Below are positions 23,232 to 32,000 of a DNA stretch of 32,000 nt, piece after piece (the stretch's first letter is position 1; the number at the start of each line of letters is the position of its first letter). The DNA comes from Micrococcus luteus NCTC 2665 (GTDB taxonomy: Bacteria; Actinomycetota; Actinomycetes; Actinomycetales; Micrococcaceae), in contig NC_012803.1 in NCBI RefSeq assembly GCF_000023205.1, forward strand, positions 240,001-272,000, written 5' to 3'. A model generated the notes under the pieces. The model saw only the letters and a list, made by a program, of their open reading frames with translations, searched no databases and was not told where the DNA came from. The translations under genes were made by a program, and so were the position numbers.

Positions 23232-24101
23232 TCAGGCCCAGCGGCGCAGGGCCCGGCGCTCCAGCAGGCCGAGCAGCCAGTCGGTGAGCTTGCCGAGCAC
23301 GGCGAGCAGGATGATCGCCAGGATCAGGCGGTCCGTGCGTCCGTTGTTCTGCGAGTCGGTGAGCAGGAAGCCCAGGCCCATCGAGGACGCGATCAGCTCC
23401 GCGGCCACCAGGAACAGCCAGGCCTGGGCCAGGGCCAGCCGCAGGCCGGAGAACACGGCCGGCACCACGGCGGGCAGCTGCACCGTCCGCAGCAGGGACA
23501 GCCCGTGGTAGCCGAAGGCCCGACCGGCCTCCACCAGGTGCGGGTCCACATGGCGCAGGGCGGCGTAGACGGTGGTGAACACCGGGAAGAACGCGCCGAT
23601 CGCGATGAGGGTGACCTTGGACTCCTCGCCGATCTGCATCCACAGGATCAGCAGCGGCACCCAGGCCAGCGAGGGCACCGCGCGCAGCGCCCCGATCAGC
23701 GGGGCGAACAGCGCGTCCGCCCACCGCGACAGCCCGAGCGCGGACCCCACGGCCAGCCCGAGTGCGGCGCCGAGCAGGAAGCCCAGCAGCACGCGCTGGG
23801 TGGAGATGCCGACGTGCAGCCACAGGTCGCCCCGCTCCAGCAGGTTGACGCCGGCGCTGAGCACCGCGCCGGGGGAGGGCAGCTGCACCGCGGAGAGCAG
23901 CCCGGCGGCCGTCACCGCCCACCACAGCACCAGGAGGACGGCGGGCGCGGCCAGCCCCACCACCGCCCGGGCGCCGGGCCGGTCCGGCACCCGGGGGCGC
24001 GGCCGTCGGCGTGCCCCCGTCCCCCCGTCGTCGCGGCGATCCGACCGCTCGCGCGCCTCGGGGTCCGTCGTCGCGGCGGGGGTGGTCAGGGCGGTGCTCA
24101 T
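23232..24101 (-). CDS. ABC transporter permease, NitT/TauT family (SsuC/TauC-like aliphatic sulfonate permease)
   Basis: Six TM helices. EAA loop: VEAGRAFGYHGLSLLRTVQLPAVVP. Also LPSPGAV... and ISTQRVLLGF. Confidence 0.85.
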   Translation of the reverse strand: MSTALTTPAATTDPEARERSDRRDDGGTGARRRPRPRVPDRPGARAVVGLAAPAVLLVLWWAVTAAGLLSAVQLPSPGAVLSAGVNLLERGDLWLHVGISTQRVLLGFLLGAALGLAVGSALGLSRWADALFAPLIGALRAVPSLAWVPLLILWMQIGEESKVTLIAIGAFFPVFTTVYAALRHVDPHLVEAGRAFGYHGLSLLRTVQLPAVVPAVFSGLRLALAQAWLFLVAAELIASSMGLGFLLTDSQNNGRTDRLILAIILLAVLGKLTDWLLGLLERRALRRWA

Positions 24102-24431
24102 CGGATGGCCTCCTCGGCGAAACGGGTGTCCAGGATGCTCGCCAGCGCGGCGTCACACCGGGGGCGCCGCCGGGCCCGGGCTGGGCCAGCGCCGAGCCAG
24201 ACGTTTCGGTCGTCACCGCAGGGTGGAGGCAGCAGATTTCTCTGGCTCAGCGCTGGGGTGCCGCTGGGCCGCAACAGGGCCGCCACCCGCGGACGTGTCC
24301 TCCGTCACGGTCGGGGCGTGTCACGAACCGGGCGCCGGACGCGTGGCCGGGCCCGGCGGCGCCGTCATGAACCCCTGGGCCGGCCGACTTCCACCGCCGG
24401 CCGCGTCGGCGTTGCATGGTGCGGAACCGTC

Positions 24432-24451
24432 GCCCGCCCGCCCGCCCGCCC
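24432..24451. repeat. (GCCC)5 tetranucleotide repeat, 38 nt upstream of the LLM monooxygenase start codon
   Basis: Read directly: GCCCGCCCGCCCGCCCGCCC, followed by GCGCCCC. The complementary strand is a run of G-tracts. Confidence 0.9.
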
Positions 24452-24488
24452 GCGCCCCTGCGACCGGGCGGCCATGGAAAGGAGACCC

Positions 24489-25910
24489 ATGAGCACCGCC
24501 GAGAACGCCGGGGCCGGAGCACCCACCCGCCCGGATGAGCACCGCGAGATCCTCTTCAACGCATTCGACATGAACTGCGTCGCCCACCAGTCCCCGGGGC
24601 TCTGGCGTCACCCCGACGACCACGCCCGCGACTACAACACCCTGGGCTACTGGACGCACCTGGCGCAGACGCTGGAGAAGGGCCTGTTCGACGGCTTGTT
24701 CATCGCCGACGTCCTCGGCCCGTACTCCGTGTACGGCGGCACCTCCGAGGCCGCCATCAGGACCGGCGCGCAGACCCCCGTGAACGACCCGTTCCTGCTC
24801 GTCTCCGCGATGGCCGCGGTCACCGAGCACCTCGGCTTCGGCGTCACCGCCGGCACCGCCTACGAGCACCCCTACCCGTTCGCCCGCCGCCTCGCCACAC
24901 TCGACCACCTCACGGGCGGCCGCGTGGGCTGGAACGTGGTCACCGGCTACCTGCCCTCCGCCGCCCAGAACATGGGCCAGGACGACCAGATGGAACACGA
25001 CGAGCGCTACGAGCACGCCGACGAGTACCTCGACGTCGTCTACAAGCTCCTCGAGGGCTCGTGGGAGGACGACGCCGTCGTCTACGACAAGGAGTCCGGC
25101 GTGTTCGCGGACCCGGCCAAGGTCCACGACATCGCCCACCAGGGCCGGTACTTCACCGTGCCCGGCCACGCCGTCACCGAGCCGTCCGTGCAGCGCACCC
25201 CCGTGATCTACCAGGCCGGTGCCTCGACGCGCGGCCGCGCCTTCGCCGGCAAGCACGCCGAGGCCGTGTTCATCAACTCCCCCACGAAGGAGCTGGCGGC
25301 CGCCACCGTGAAGAAGATCCGCCAGGCCCTGGTGGACGCTGGCCGTGACCCGTACGACGTGAAGATCTTCGCGATGCAGACGATCGTCACCGGGGCCACC
25401 GATGAGGACGCGCGGGCCAAGTACGACGACCTGGCGCAGTACGTGGACCCGCTGGGCGGCCTCGTGCTCATGTCCGGCTGGATGGGCATCGACCTGTCCC
25501 AGTACGACCTGGACGAGCCGATCGGGGACGTGAAGTCGAACGCCATCCAGTCCACCGTGGAGACCTTCCAGAAGGCCTCCGGCACGGACGAGGAGTGGAC
25601 CGTGCGCAAGCTCGCCGAGTGGGTGGGCATCGGCGGCTTCGGCCCCGTGATCGTGGGCGGCGGCGAGTCCGCGGCCCGCCAGCTCGTCGAGTGGGCCGAC
25701 GAGACCGACGTGGACGGCTTCAACCTCGCCTACCACATCACCCCGGGCACCTTCGAGGACATCGTGGAGTTCGTGGTGCCGGAGCTGCAGAAGCTCGGTC
25801 GCTACAAGACCGCGTACACGGACGGCACGCTGCGCCACAAGCTCTTCGGCCGCGGCGACCACCTGCCGCAGAACCACCACGGCGCCTCCTTCGCCCTGCG
25901 CCGCCGGTAG
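24489..25910 (+). CDS. LLM-class flavin-dependent monooxygenase, NtaA/SnaA/DszA (SoxA) family
   Basis: ATG at 24489 after AAAGGAG. Family-typical N-terminus LFNAFDMNCVAHQSPGLWRHP. Also GRVGWNVVTG and YQAGASTRG. Confidence 0.9.
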   Translation: MSTAENAGAGAPTRPDEHREILFNAFDMNCVAHQSPGLWRHPDDHARDYNTLGYWTHLAQTLEKGLFDGLFIADVLGPYSVYGGTSEAAIRTGAQTPVNDPFLLVSAMAAVTEHLGFGVTAGTAYEHPYPFARRLATLDHLTGGRVGWNVVTGYLPSAAQNMGQDDQMEHDERYEHADEYLDVVYKLLEGSWEDDAVVYDKESGVFADPAKVHDIAHQGRYFTVPGHAVTEPSVQRTPVIYQAGASTRGRAFAGKHAEAVFINSPTKELAAATVKKIRQALVDAGRDPYDVKIFAMQTIVTGATDEDARAKYDDLAQYVDPLGGLVLMSGWMGIDLSQYDLDEPIGDVKSNAIQSTVETFQKASGTDEEWTVRKLAEWVGIGGFGPVIVGGGESAARQLVEWADETDVDGFNLAYHITPGTFEDIVEFVVPELQKLGRYKTAYTDGTLRHKLFGRGDHLPQNHHGASFALRRR

Positions 25911-25968
25911 GGTGACGCCAGTGGCCGCGGCGCCCTGCCTCGGCCGGCAGCAGCCCCAGGAGGAGAAC

Positions 25969-26679
25969 ATGCAGCGCAGACGTGCCGTCCGCGCGGCCGG
26001 GCTCGGCGTCGTGGGCGCCCTGGCCCTGGCCGGGTGCGCATCCGAGCCGCAGTCGGCGGGGGAGGCCTGGCATCAGGCCCGCACCCAGTTGGACGAGGCC
26101 GAGACCGTCCGACTCGAGACCGCCTACACCACCGGCCGTCAGGGCCCGCAGTCGGTCCGCTGGGACATCGCCGGCCGGCTCGACGGCGGCGACGCCGAGT
26201 CGAAGGGCATCATGCAGGTCGGCCGGGACTCGCACATCACCATGGAGTCCCGCCAGGTCGGCGAGGACGTGTTCGTCCGGGTCGACGTGGACGGGTCCGA
26301 CATCCCGGACGACGTCCAGATGATGTACTCCGACCCGCAGTGGCGCCGTGTCCCGGCCGGCGAGGGGCAGGAGCCGCCCCTGAAGTCCCTCCTCGACCAG
26401 GTGGGCTTCCCCGCGGCGGACGCCCTCGACGGCGCCGAGGTGCGCGCCGAGGAGGTCGACTGGGACGGCGGCACGGCCTACCGCTATGCCGTGCCCGAGG
26501 AGGTCGCCGACGCGGCGATGGCCGAGGGCGACGCCACCCGGGTGCACTCCTTCACGGTGGACGACGACGGCGAGCTGGTCGCGCTCACCGTCGACGACGG
26601 CCGGGCCACCCAGCAGTACGCCCTGAGCGACTGGAACCAGATCGAGCCGGCCGGGGCGCCGGAGGAGGTGGCCGAGTGA
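25969..26679 (+). CDS. Secreted lipoprotein (paralogue family)
   Basis: ATG at 25969 after AGGAGGAG. Lipobox LALAGC. AWHQARTQLDEAETVRLE resembles the N-terminal mature regions of the other two lipoproteins. Confidence 0.8.
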   Translation: MQRRRAVRAAGLGVVGALALAGCASEPQSAGEAWHQARTQLDEAETVRLETAYTTGRQGPQSVRWDIAGRLDGGDAESKGIMQVGRDSHITMESRQVGEDVFVRVDVDGSDIPDDVQMMYSDPQWRRVPAGEGQEPPLKSLLDQVGFPAADALDGAEVRAEEVDWDGGTAYRYAVPEEVADAAMAEGDATRVHSFTVDDDGELVALTVDDGRATQQYALSDWNQIEPAGAPEEVAE

Positions 26680-27422
26680 GGCAGCGCCAGACCCAGACCC
26701 GCCGCACCCGCCGCGGCCTGTCCCTCGCCGCCGTCGGGGCGGCCGCCCTGCTGCTGACCGGCTGCGCCTCGGGCGACGACGCCCCCGGCGCCTGGGACCG
26801 CGCCCGCACCCAGCTCGAGGAGGCCGACTCCGTCCGCATGGTCACCGAGCTGCGGTCCGAAGCTCCGAGCAACGGCCGCGCGATCCCGGACTCGGTGGAC
26901 ATCTCCGGCCCCGTGGACGGCTCGTCCATGCGGTACGTGTCCGTGTACCAGGACGACGGTCTGATCACCCGCGACGAGTCCCGGATCGTGGACGGCACCG
27001 CGTACTCCCGGTTCACGGTGGAGCGCGCCGGTGCGAGCGGCGAGGACCGCCCCGCCTATGTGGAGCGCTGGACCGCCACCCCGTACGAGAGCGATCCCAG
27101 CGCCACCGGCATGGGCGCGATGGTGAGCTCGCTCCTGGGCTCCCTGCCGGAGTCGGGCGGCCTGGACGACGTCGAGGCGGACGCGGACGGCATCCGCCGC
27201 AGCGGTCAGGACGCGATCCGCTACGTGCTGGACGAGCCCGTCTCGGGCCCGCAGGAGGGCGTGGAGCTGACCGCGTTCACGGTGTCCAAGGAGGACGGCC
27301 GCCTGCTCACCGTGGAGACCGAGTCCGCCGGCACGAAGGCCGTGGTGACCCTCTCCGAGATGGGCGGGGTGGATCCGGTGCAGGCCCCGCCGGCCGACGA
27401 GGTCCTGACGCAGGACGGCTGA
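26676..27422 (+). CDS. Secreted lipoprotein (paralogue family)
   Basis: GTG at 26676 overlaps the upstream TGA (GTGA). GGAGGAGG lies 8 nt upstream. Lipobox LLLTGC. Contains AWDRARTQLEEADSVRMV. Confidence 0.8.
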   Translation: MRQRQTQTRRTRRGLSLAAVGAAALLLTGCASGDDAPGAWDRARTQLEEADSVRMVTELRSEAPSNGRAIPDSVDISGPVDGSSMRYVSVYQDDGLITRDESRIVDGTAYSRFTVERAGASGEDRPAYVERWTATPYESDPSATGMGAMVSSLLGSLPESGGLDDVEADADGIRRSGQDAIRYVLDEPVSGPQEGVELTAFTVSKEDGRLLTVETESAGTKAVVTLSEMGGVDPVQAPPADEVLTQDG

Positions 27423-27438
27423 CCCGGCCCACGACGAC

Positions 27439-27472
27439 GGCGGCCCGCCTCCCCTCGGGGAGGCGGGCCGCC
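27439..27472. terminator. Bidirectional terminator hairpin between the convergent lipoprotein and ytxH-like genes
   Basis: GGCGGCCCGCCTCCCC / GGGGAGGCGGGCCGCC are exact 16-nt complements (the innermost pairs must open to form the loop). It lies between the stops at 27422 and 27486. Confidence 0.7.
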
Positions 27473-27485
27473 GTGTCTGAGCGGG

Positions 27486-27866
27486 TCAGCGCGTCAGCGG
27501 ACCCTCGTCACCCAGCGGGGTGGACGGGTCCGAGACGGTGTCCGGCTCGGCACCGTGGCGGGCCGCCGAGGTGACGTTGTCGTTGTTGGACTCGGTCACG
27601 CGGTCGTCGCGGACGTCGTTCTTCTTGTCGTTGCCCTGCATGGCATCCTCCACCTTCGTCGTGGCCTTCTGCACCGGATCGGAGTTCTTCACCTCAGCGA
27701 ACTTCTGCTGGGCGGTCTCCTGGACCTGGCCGACCTTCTCCTGGGTCTTGGGGTCGTTCCAGAGCTTCTGGGCGTTCTGGGTCATCTTCTCGAGGTTCTT
27801 GCGGCCCTCGGCGGAGCCGAGCAGGTAGCCGAGTGCGGCGCCGAGGCCCAGGGTGATGAGGCGCAT
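27486..27866 (-). CDS. YtxH-domain protein (small stress-associated protein with an N-terminal TM/amphipathic helix)
   Basis: MRLITLGLGAALGYLLGSAEGRKNLEKM... followed by a Lys/Gln/Asp-rich low-complexity tail. Noticeably lower GC than its neighbours. Confidence 0.72.
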   Translation of the reverse strand: MRLITLGLGAALGYLLGSAEGRKNLEKMTQNAQKLWNDPKTQEKVGQVQETAQQKFAEVKNSDPVQKATTKVEDAMQGNDKKNDVRDDRVTESNNDNVTSAARHGAEPDTVSDPSTPLGDEGPLTR

Positions 27867-28033
27867 GGGTGGTCTCCTTCATGTGTCGGGACCGCGCCGA
27901 CCCTCTTGGACGGGCCGGGCGGCGCGCTGACGCGCTGTCCTGGGATCACTCTGGTCACCGGAGCCTGCCACGTCAACGGTTGAGGCGCACGGCCGCGCGA
28001 GGGCCGGTGGCGTTCGTCCCCACCGTCCCGCCC

Positions 28034-28079
28034 CACGACGACGGCCGCCCACCCCCGGGGGTGGGCGGCCGTCGTCGTG
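28034..28079 (-). terminator. purL terminator hairpin (23-nt perfect arms)
   Basis: CACGACGACGGCCGCCCACCCCC / GGGGGTGGGCGGCCGTCGTCGTG. It begins 24 nt downstream of the purL stop codon (28103-28105) on the minus strand. Confidence 0.7.
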
Positions 28080-28102
28080 CCGGGGCCCGTGGGCCCACGG
28101 GG

Positions 28103-30409
28103 TCAGCCGAAGTGCTTCGGCAGGGTGGCCTCCCAGGCCTCGCGCAGCTCCGCGATCGGCAGGGTGAAGGCGTCCTGGACCTCGAGGGCCGCGGAGTCGG
28201 CGTTCACCACGCCGATGCGCACGGCCGCGTAGCCGCGGGCCGTGGTCATGTCCGTGAACCGGACCTCCTCGGTGCGGGGCACGGCCACGACGGCGCGCGC
28301 CTGCGTCTCGGAGAACAGCGCGGTGAACAGGTCCACGCCGTCGCGGCGCAGCACCTCGTCCAGCACCACGCGGGCCCCCACGCCGAAGCGCAGCACCATC
28401 TCGGACAGGGTGGCCGCGAGGCCGCCGCCGGAGACGTCGTGGGCGGCGTCGATCATGCCGTCCCGGGACATGTTGACCAGCAGCTCGCCGAGCAGGCGCT
28501 CCTTCTTCAGGTCGACCTTCGGGGGCAGGCCGCCGAGGTGGCCGCGCAGGCGCGCGAACTCGGAGCCGTCCAGCTCGTCCGCGGTCTCGCCCAGCAGGTA
28601 GATCGCCTGGCCGTCCGCGTCCGGGGCGAAGCCGGACGGGGTGCGGCGCAGGACGTCGTCGAGCTGGCCGAGCACCGCCACCGTGGGGGTGGGGTGGATC
28701 GGGGTGCTGCCCGTCTGGTTGTACAGGGACACGTTGCCGCCGGTCACCGGGATGCCGAGGGTCTGGCAGCCGTCCGCCAGGCCGCGCACGGCCTCCGCGA
28801 ACTGCCACATCACGTCCGGGTCCTCGGGGGAGCCGAAGTTCAGGCAGTCGGAGACGGCCAGGGGCACGGCCCCGGCGGTGGTGACGTTGCGGTACGCCTC
28901 GGCCAGGGAGGCCTGCGCGCCCGTGTACGGGTCCAGGTAGGTGAACCGGTCGTTGCAGTCCGTGGCCAGGGCCACGCCCATGCCGGTCTCCTCGTCCACG
29001 CGCACCACGCCCGCGTCGTCCGGGGCCGCCAGGGCGGTGTTGCCGCGGACGTAGCGGTCGTACTGGCGGGTGATCCAAGAGGTGTCCGCCAGGTTCGGGG
29101 AGCTCATCAGCTCCACGACGGCGGCGCGCAGCTCCTCGCCCGTGGCGGGCAGGTGCTGACCGGCCTCGGAGGAGCGGAACGTGTCCGCCTGGAGCTCGTC
29201 CTGCCAGGCCGGACGCGCGTACGGGCGCTCGTAGACCGGGCCGTCGTGGGCCACGGTGCGCGGGTCCACGTCGACGATGACCTCGCCGTCCCAGGTGATG
29301 ATCAGGCGGCCGTCGCCGGTGACCTCGCCCAGCCAGGAGTACTCGACGTCCCACTTGGCCATGACGGCCTCGAACGCGGCGACGTTCTCCGGCGTCACCA
29401 CGGCCATCATGCGCTCCTGCGACTCGGACATGAGGATCTCGCCCGGGGTCAGCGTGGAGTCGCGCAGCAGCACGTCCGTCAGCTCCACGCGCATGCCGCC
29501 CTCGCCGTTGGAGGCGAGCTCGGAGGTGGCGCAGGAGATGCCGGCGGCGCCGAGGTCCTGGATGCCCTCCACGAGGGAGTCGCGGAACAGCTCGAGGCAG
29601 CACTCGATGAGCACCTTCTCGGAGAAGGGGTCGCCGACCTGCACCGAGGGGCGCTTGGCGGGCTTGCCGTCGCCGTCGAAGGACTCGGAGGCCAGCACGG
29701 AGGCGCCGCCGATGCCGTCACCGCCGGTGCGGGCACCGAACAGGACCACCTTGTTGCCCACGCCGGAGGCGTTGGCCAGGCGCAGGTCCTCGTGCTTGAG
29801 CACGCCCACGGCGAGGGCGTTGACGAGCGGGTTGCCCTGGTAGACCGGGTCGAAGCGGGTCTCGCCGCCGATGTTCGGCAGGCCCAGGGAGTTGCCGTAG
29901 CCGCCGATGCCGGCCACCACGCCGTGGAACACGCGGGCGGTGTCCGGGTGGTCGATCGCGCCGAAGCGCAGCGGGTCCATCACGGCCACCGGGCGGGCGC
30001 CCATGGAGATGATGTCGCGCACGATGCCGCCGATGCCCGTGGCCGCGCCCTGGTAGGGCTCCACGTAGGAGGGCGAGTTGTGGGACTCGACCTTGAACGT
30101 CACGGCCCAGCCGTCACCGAGGTCGGTCACGCCGGCGTTCTCGCCGATGCCCACCATCATGTGCTGCTTCATCTCGTCGGTGAGCTTCTCGCCGAACTGG
30201 CGCAGGTGCACCTTCGAGGACTTGTACGAGCAGTGCTCGGACCACATGACCGAGTACATGGCCAGCTCGGCCGCGGTGGGGCGGCGGCCGAGGATCTTCT
30301 TGATCTCGGCGTACTCGTTCTCCTTCAGGCCCAGCTCGGCCCAGGGCTGCTCGACGTCCGGCGTCGCCTGCGCGTCCGCGACCGTCTCGATGTTGAACTG
30401 CTGGCTCAT
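28103..30409 (-). CDS. purL: Phosphoribosylformylglycinamidine synthase subunit PurL
   Basis: ATG at 30409 ([10 protein letters not shown]...). Motifs: [36 protein letters not shown] overlap with purQ. Confidence 0.95.
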   Translation of the reverse strand: MSQQFNIETVADAQATPDVEQPWAELGLKENEYAEIKKILGRRPTAAELAMYSVMWSEHCSYKSSKVHLRQFGEKLTDEMKQHMMVGIGENAGVTDLGDGWAVTFKVESHNSPSYVEPYQGAATGIGGIVRDIISMGARPVAVMDPLRFGAIDHPDTARVFHGVVAGIGGYGNSLGLPNIGGETRFDPVYQGNPLVNALAVGVLKHEDLRLANASGVGNKVVLFGARTGGDGIGGASVLASESFDGDGKPAKRPSVQVGDPFSEKVLIECCLELFRDSLVEGIQDLGAAGISCATSELASNGEGGMRVELTDVLLRDSTLTPGEILMSESQERMMAVVTPENVAAFEAVMAKWDVEYSWLGEVTGDGRLIITWDGEVIVDVDPRTVAHDGPVYERPYARPAWQDELQADTFRSSEAGQHLPATGEELRAAVVELMSSPNLADTSWITRQYDRYVRGNTALAAPDDAGVVRVDEETGMGVALATDCNDRFTYLDPYTGAQASLAEAYRNVTTAGAVPLAVSDCLNFGSPEDPDVMWQFAEAVRGLADGCQTLGIPVTGGNVSLYNQTGSTPIHPTPTVAVLGQLDDVLRRTPSGFAPDADGQAIYLLGETADELDGSEFARLRGHLGGLPPKVDLKKERLLGELLVNMSRDGMIDAAHDVSGGGLAATLSEMVLRFGVGARVVLDEVLRRDGVDLFTALFSETQARAVVAVPRTEEVRFTDMTTARGYAAVRIGVVNADSAALEVQDAFTLPIAELREAWEATLPKHFG

Positions 30410-31200
30410 GCATGGCCTCCACGGCTGGCGAGGGTGGTCAGGACGGAGGTGAAGAAGCCGAGGCCGTCCACGCCGGAGCGGGGGCCGGCGGCGGTGTCCG
30501 GGCCGAAGCCCGTCTCCACGGCGTGCTCCGGGTGCGGCATCAGGCCGACGACGTTGCCGGCCGGGTTCGCGATGCCCGCGATGTCCCGGCGCGAGCCGTT
30601 CGGGTTCCAGCCCCGATAGCGGAACACCACGCGGCCCTCGGCCTCGAGGGCGTCGAGGGTCTTCTCGTCCGCCACGTACTGGCCGTCCTGGTTCTTCAGC
30701 GGCACGGTGATGGTCTGACCCTGCTCGAAGTCGCGGGTCCACACGGTGTCCGTGCTCTCCACGACCAGCTCCTGGTCGCGGCAGATGAAGTGCAGGTGGT
30801 CGTTCTTGATCATCGAGCCCGGCAGCAGGTGCGACTCGGTGAGGATCTGGAAGCCGTTGCAGATGCCGAGCACCGGCAGGCCGTCCGCGTCGCCCTCGGG
30901 GCCGCCGGCCGCCGTCGCCACCGCGTCCATCATGGGGGCGAAGCGCGCGATCGCGCCGGCGCGCAGGTAGTCGCCGTAGGAGAAGCCGCCCGGGATCACG
31001 ACGGCGTCGACGCCGGCGAGCGTCCGCTGCGGGTCCGCGTCGGCGTGCCACAGGGAGACGGGCTCGGCGCCGGCGAGGCGGACGGCGCGCAGCGCGTCCA
31101 CGTCGTCCAGGGTGCCGGGGAAGGTGATGACGCCGATGCGCGCGCCGCTGAGCGGCGTCGCCGGCGTCGAGTAGTCGCCGATGAGGGGGAGCTCGGTCAT
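30406..31200 (-). CDS. purQ: Phosphoribosylformylglycinamidine synthase glutaminase subunit PurQ
   Basis: [28 protein letters not shown] (catalytic Cys), MPHPEHA. ATGA overlap with the purS stop. About 19 aa of N-terminal extension relative to typical PurQ. Confidence 0.93.
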   Translation of the reverse strand: MTELPLIGDYSTPATPLSGARIGVITFPGTLDDVDALRAVRLAGAEPVSLWHADADPQRTLAGVDAVVIPGGFSYGDYLRAGAIARFAPMMDAVATAAGGPEGDADGLPVLGICNGFQILTESHLLPGSMIKNDHLHFICRDQELVVESTDTVWTRDFEQGQTITVPLKNQDGQYVADEKTLDALEAEGRVVFRYRGWNPNGSRRDIAGIANPAGNVVGLMPHPEHAVETGFGPDTAAGPRSGVDGLGFFTSVLTTLASRGGHA

Positions 31201-31463
31201 CGGGCGCCCTCGGCCTCGTCCAGGACGGCCACGTTCACGACGTCCTCGATGACGGGGTTGGACAGCATCTCCTCGGCGGCCGTGCGGGCCTGGGCGAGGA
31301 TCTCGTCGGTGACCTCGCCCTCCACGGTGAGCTCGAAGCGCTTGCCCTGGCGGACCTGGCTGAACTCGGTGAAGCCGAGGCGGGGCAGGGCCCCGTTGAT
31401 CGCCTTGCCCTGCGGATCGAGGATCTCGGGCTTGGGCATGACGTCGACGACGATGATGGGCAT
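31197..31463 (-). CDS. purS: Phosphoribosylformylglycinamidine synthase subunit PurS
   Basis: ATG at 31463 after AGGAGCG. The 88-aa product [22 protein letters not shown]...LSNPVIED is typical PurS. Confidence 0.9.
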   Translation of the reverse strand: MPIIVVDVMPKPEILDPQGKAINGALPRLGFTEFSQVRQGKRFELTVEGEVTDEILAQARTAAEEMLSNPVIEDVVNVAVLDEAEGAR

Positions 31464-31638
31464 GAACACGCTCCTGGGTGCGGGACGATGCCGCGGAGCA
31501 GGACGGTGTGATGCCGTCTCACGCCCGGCCCGGTGCGCTCCGCGTGCTTGCCCGCCCAGTCTACTCGGCCGCCCGGACGCGGAATCGGGGGTGTGACGGG
31601 GGCGGCACGCGGCAGCCGGCCCGGCGTAGCCTGGCGGC

Positions 31639-31803
31639 ATGAGACCTCAGCAGACCCGTGTGTCCCCGCTCGGTCGACGTCGGCCGATCAGTCCGCTCGG
31701 CCCTGCGCTGCTCGCCGCGGCGGCCGGCGTCGTGCTGACGGGAGTGCGCCGCATCAAGGCCCGGTCCGCCCGGCGTCGCGCGGCCGGACGCCCGCGCCGG
31801 TGA
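31639..31803 (+). CDS. Possible small membrane protein (54 aa)
   Basis: ATG at 31639. High GC3. One hydrophobic segment (PALLAAAAGVVLTGV) and an Arg-rich tail. Its stop overlaps the GTG of the next gene (GTGA). No homology recognised. Confidence 0.25.
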   Translation: MRPQQTRVSPLGRRRPISPLGPALLAAAAGVVLTGVRRIKARSARRRAAGRPRR

Positions 31804-32000
31804 CCCGTCCCGAGCCCTGCCCCTGCGGGTCCGGAGCCGGACTCGCGACGTGCTGCGGTCGCCTGCACGCGCGTTTCGCCCAGGACGGCGCCCTGACCGC
31901 GCCCACCGCCGAGGCGCTCATGCGTTCCCGGTACACGGCGTTCGCGCGGCTGGGCGAGACCGAGACGGCAGAGGCCCGGGCGATGGCCGACTACCTCGCC
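31800..32000 (+). CDS. ychJ: YchJ-family (UPF0225) SEC-C-motif protein, 5' part; continues beyond the window
   Basis: GTG at 31800. Product VTRPEPCPCGSGAGLATCCGRLHARFAQDGALTAPTAEALMRSRYTAFAR matches the CPCGSG...CCG...TAE.LMRSRY.AF signature. Not in the ORF track because there is no stop inside the window. Confidence 0.8.
   Translation, partial: MTRPEPCPCGSGAGLATCCGRLHARFAQDGALTAPTAEALMRSRYTAFARLGETETAEARAMADYLA

Noticed and set aside
31464-31640. ZTP (pfl) or another purine-related riboswitch in the purS leader
   Set aside because: A GACTGGGCGG...CACCGGG stretch superficially resembles the 5' subdomain. The 3' CCGCCTGGGC pseudoknot element is absent on the same strand.

Overview
High-G+C chromosomal window, densely coding. 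It looks actinobacterial and Micrococcales-like, but that is inferred only from gene content and codon bias. Many long ORFs in the six-frame track are GC-driven shadow frames.

Supported content, left to right:
- A YjiH/GATE-type membrane protein, then hutI and hutH (+), followed by a long hairpin.
- A roughly 5-kb, visibly lower-GC island (4540-9654). It carries a GTGA-coupled gene pair (XRE-HTH/ImmA-peptidase plus a DUF3368-like PIN), a 5'-truncated EcoEI-type hsdR remnant, and degraded orphan ORFs.
- hutG, a CoA-binding protein and metY (-).
- A DUF559/AbiEi-like gene bracketed by two copies of a ~64-bp palindromic element.
- An EamA / DUF1648-DUF5808 / metallophosphoesterase operon (-).
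- A siderophore-interacting reductase, a lipoprotein and an M20 amidohydrolase (+), then acs (-).
- A fragmentary organosulfur-scavenging cluster: SfnB-like ACAD, SsuC-like permease without partners, and a DszA/NtaA-type LLM monooxygenase.
- Two tandem paralogous lipoproteins, a YtxH protein, purS-purQ-purL (-), and the start of a ychJ-like gene.

I recognised no rRNA, tRNA, CRISPR array, transposase or integrase.

Most notable observations:
1. The island sits in the 3' end of hutG and is marked by three diverged copies of the hutG C-terminal coding sequence, which look like att-type direct repeats.
2. The island carries a non-canonical addiction/defence-type pair: an XRE-ImmA fusion, possibly with a UPF0175-like tail, translationally coupled to a PIN nuclease. 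A perfect 11-3-11 palindrome lies over its start codon.
3. The adjacent hsdR breaks off exactly at that module.
4. A palindromic repeat brackets the DUF559 gene.

All coordinates and identities were worked out by hand from the sequence. No database search was run.
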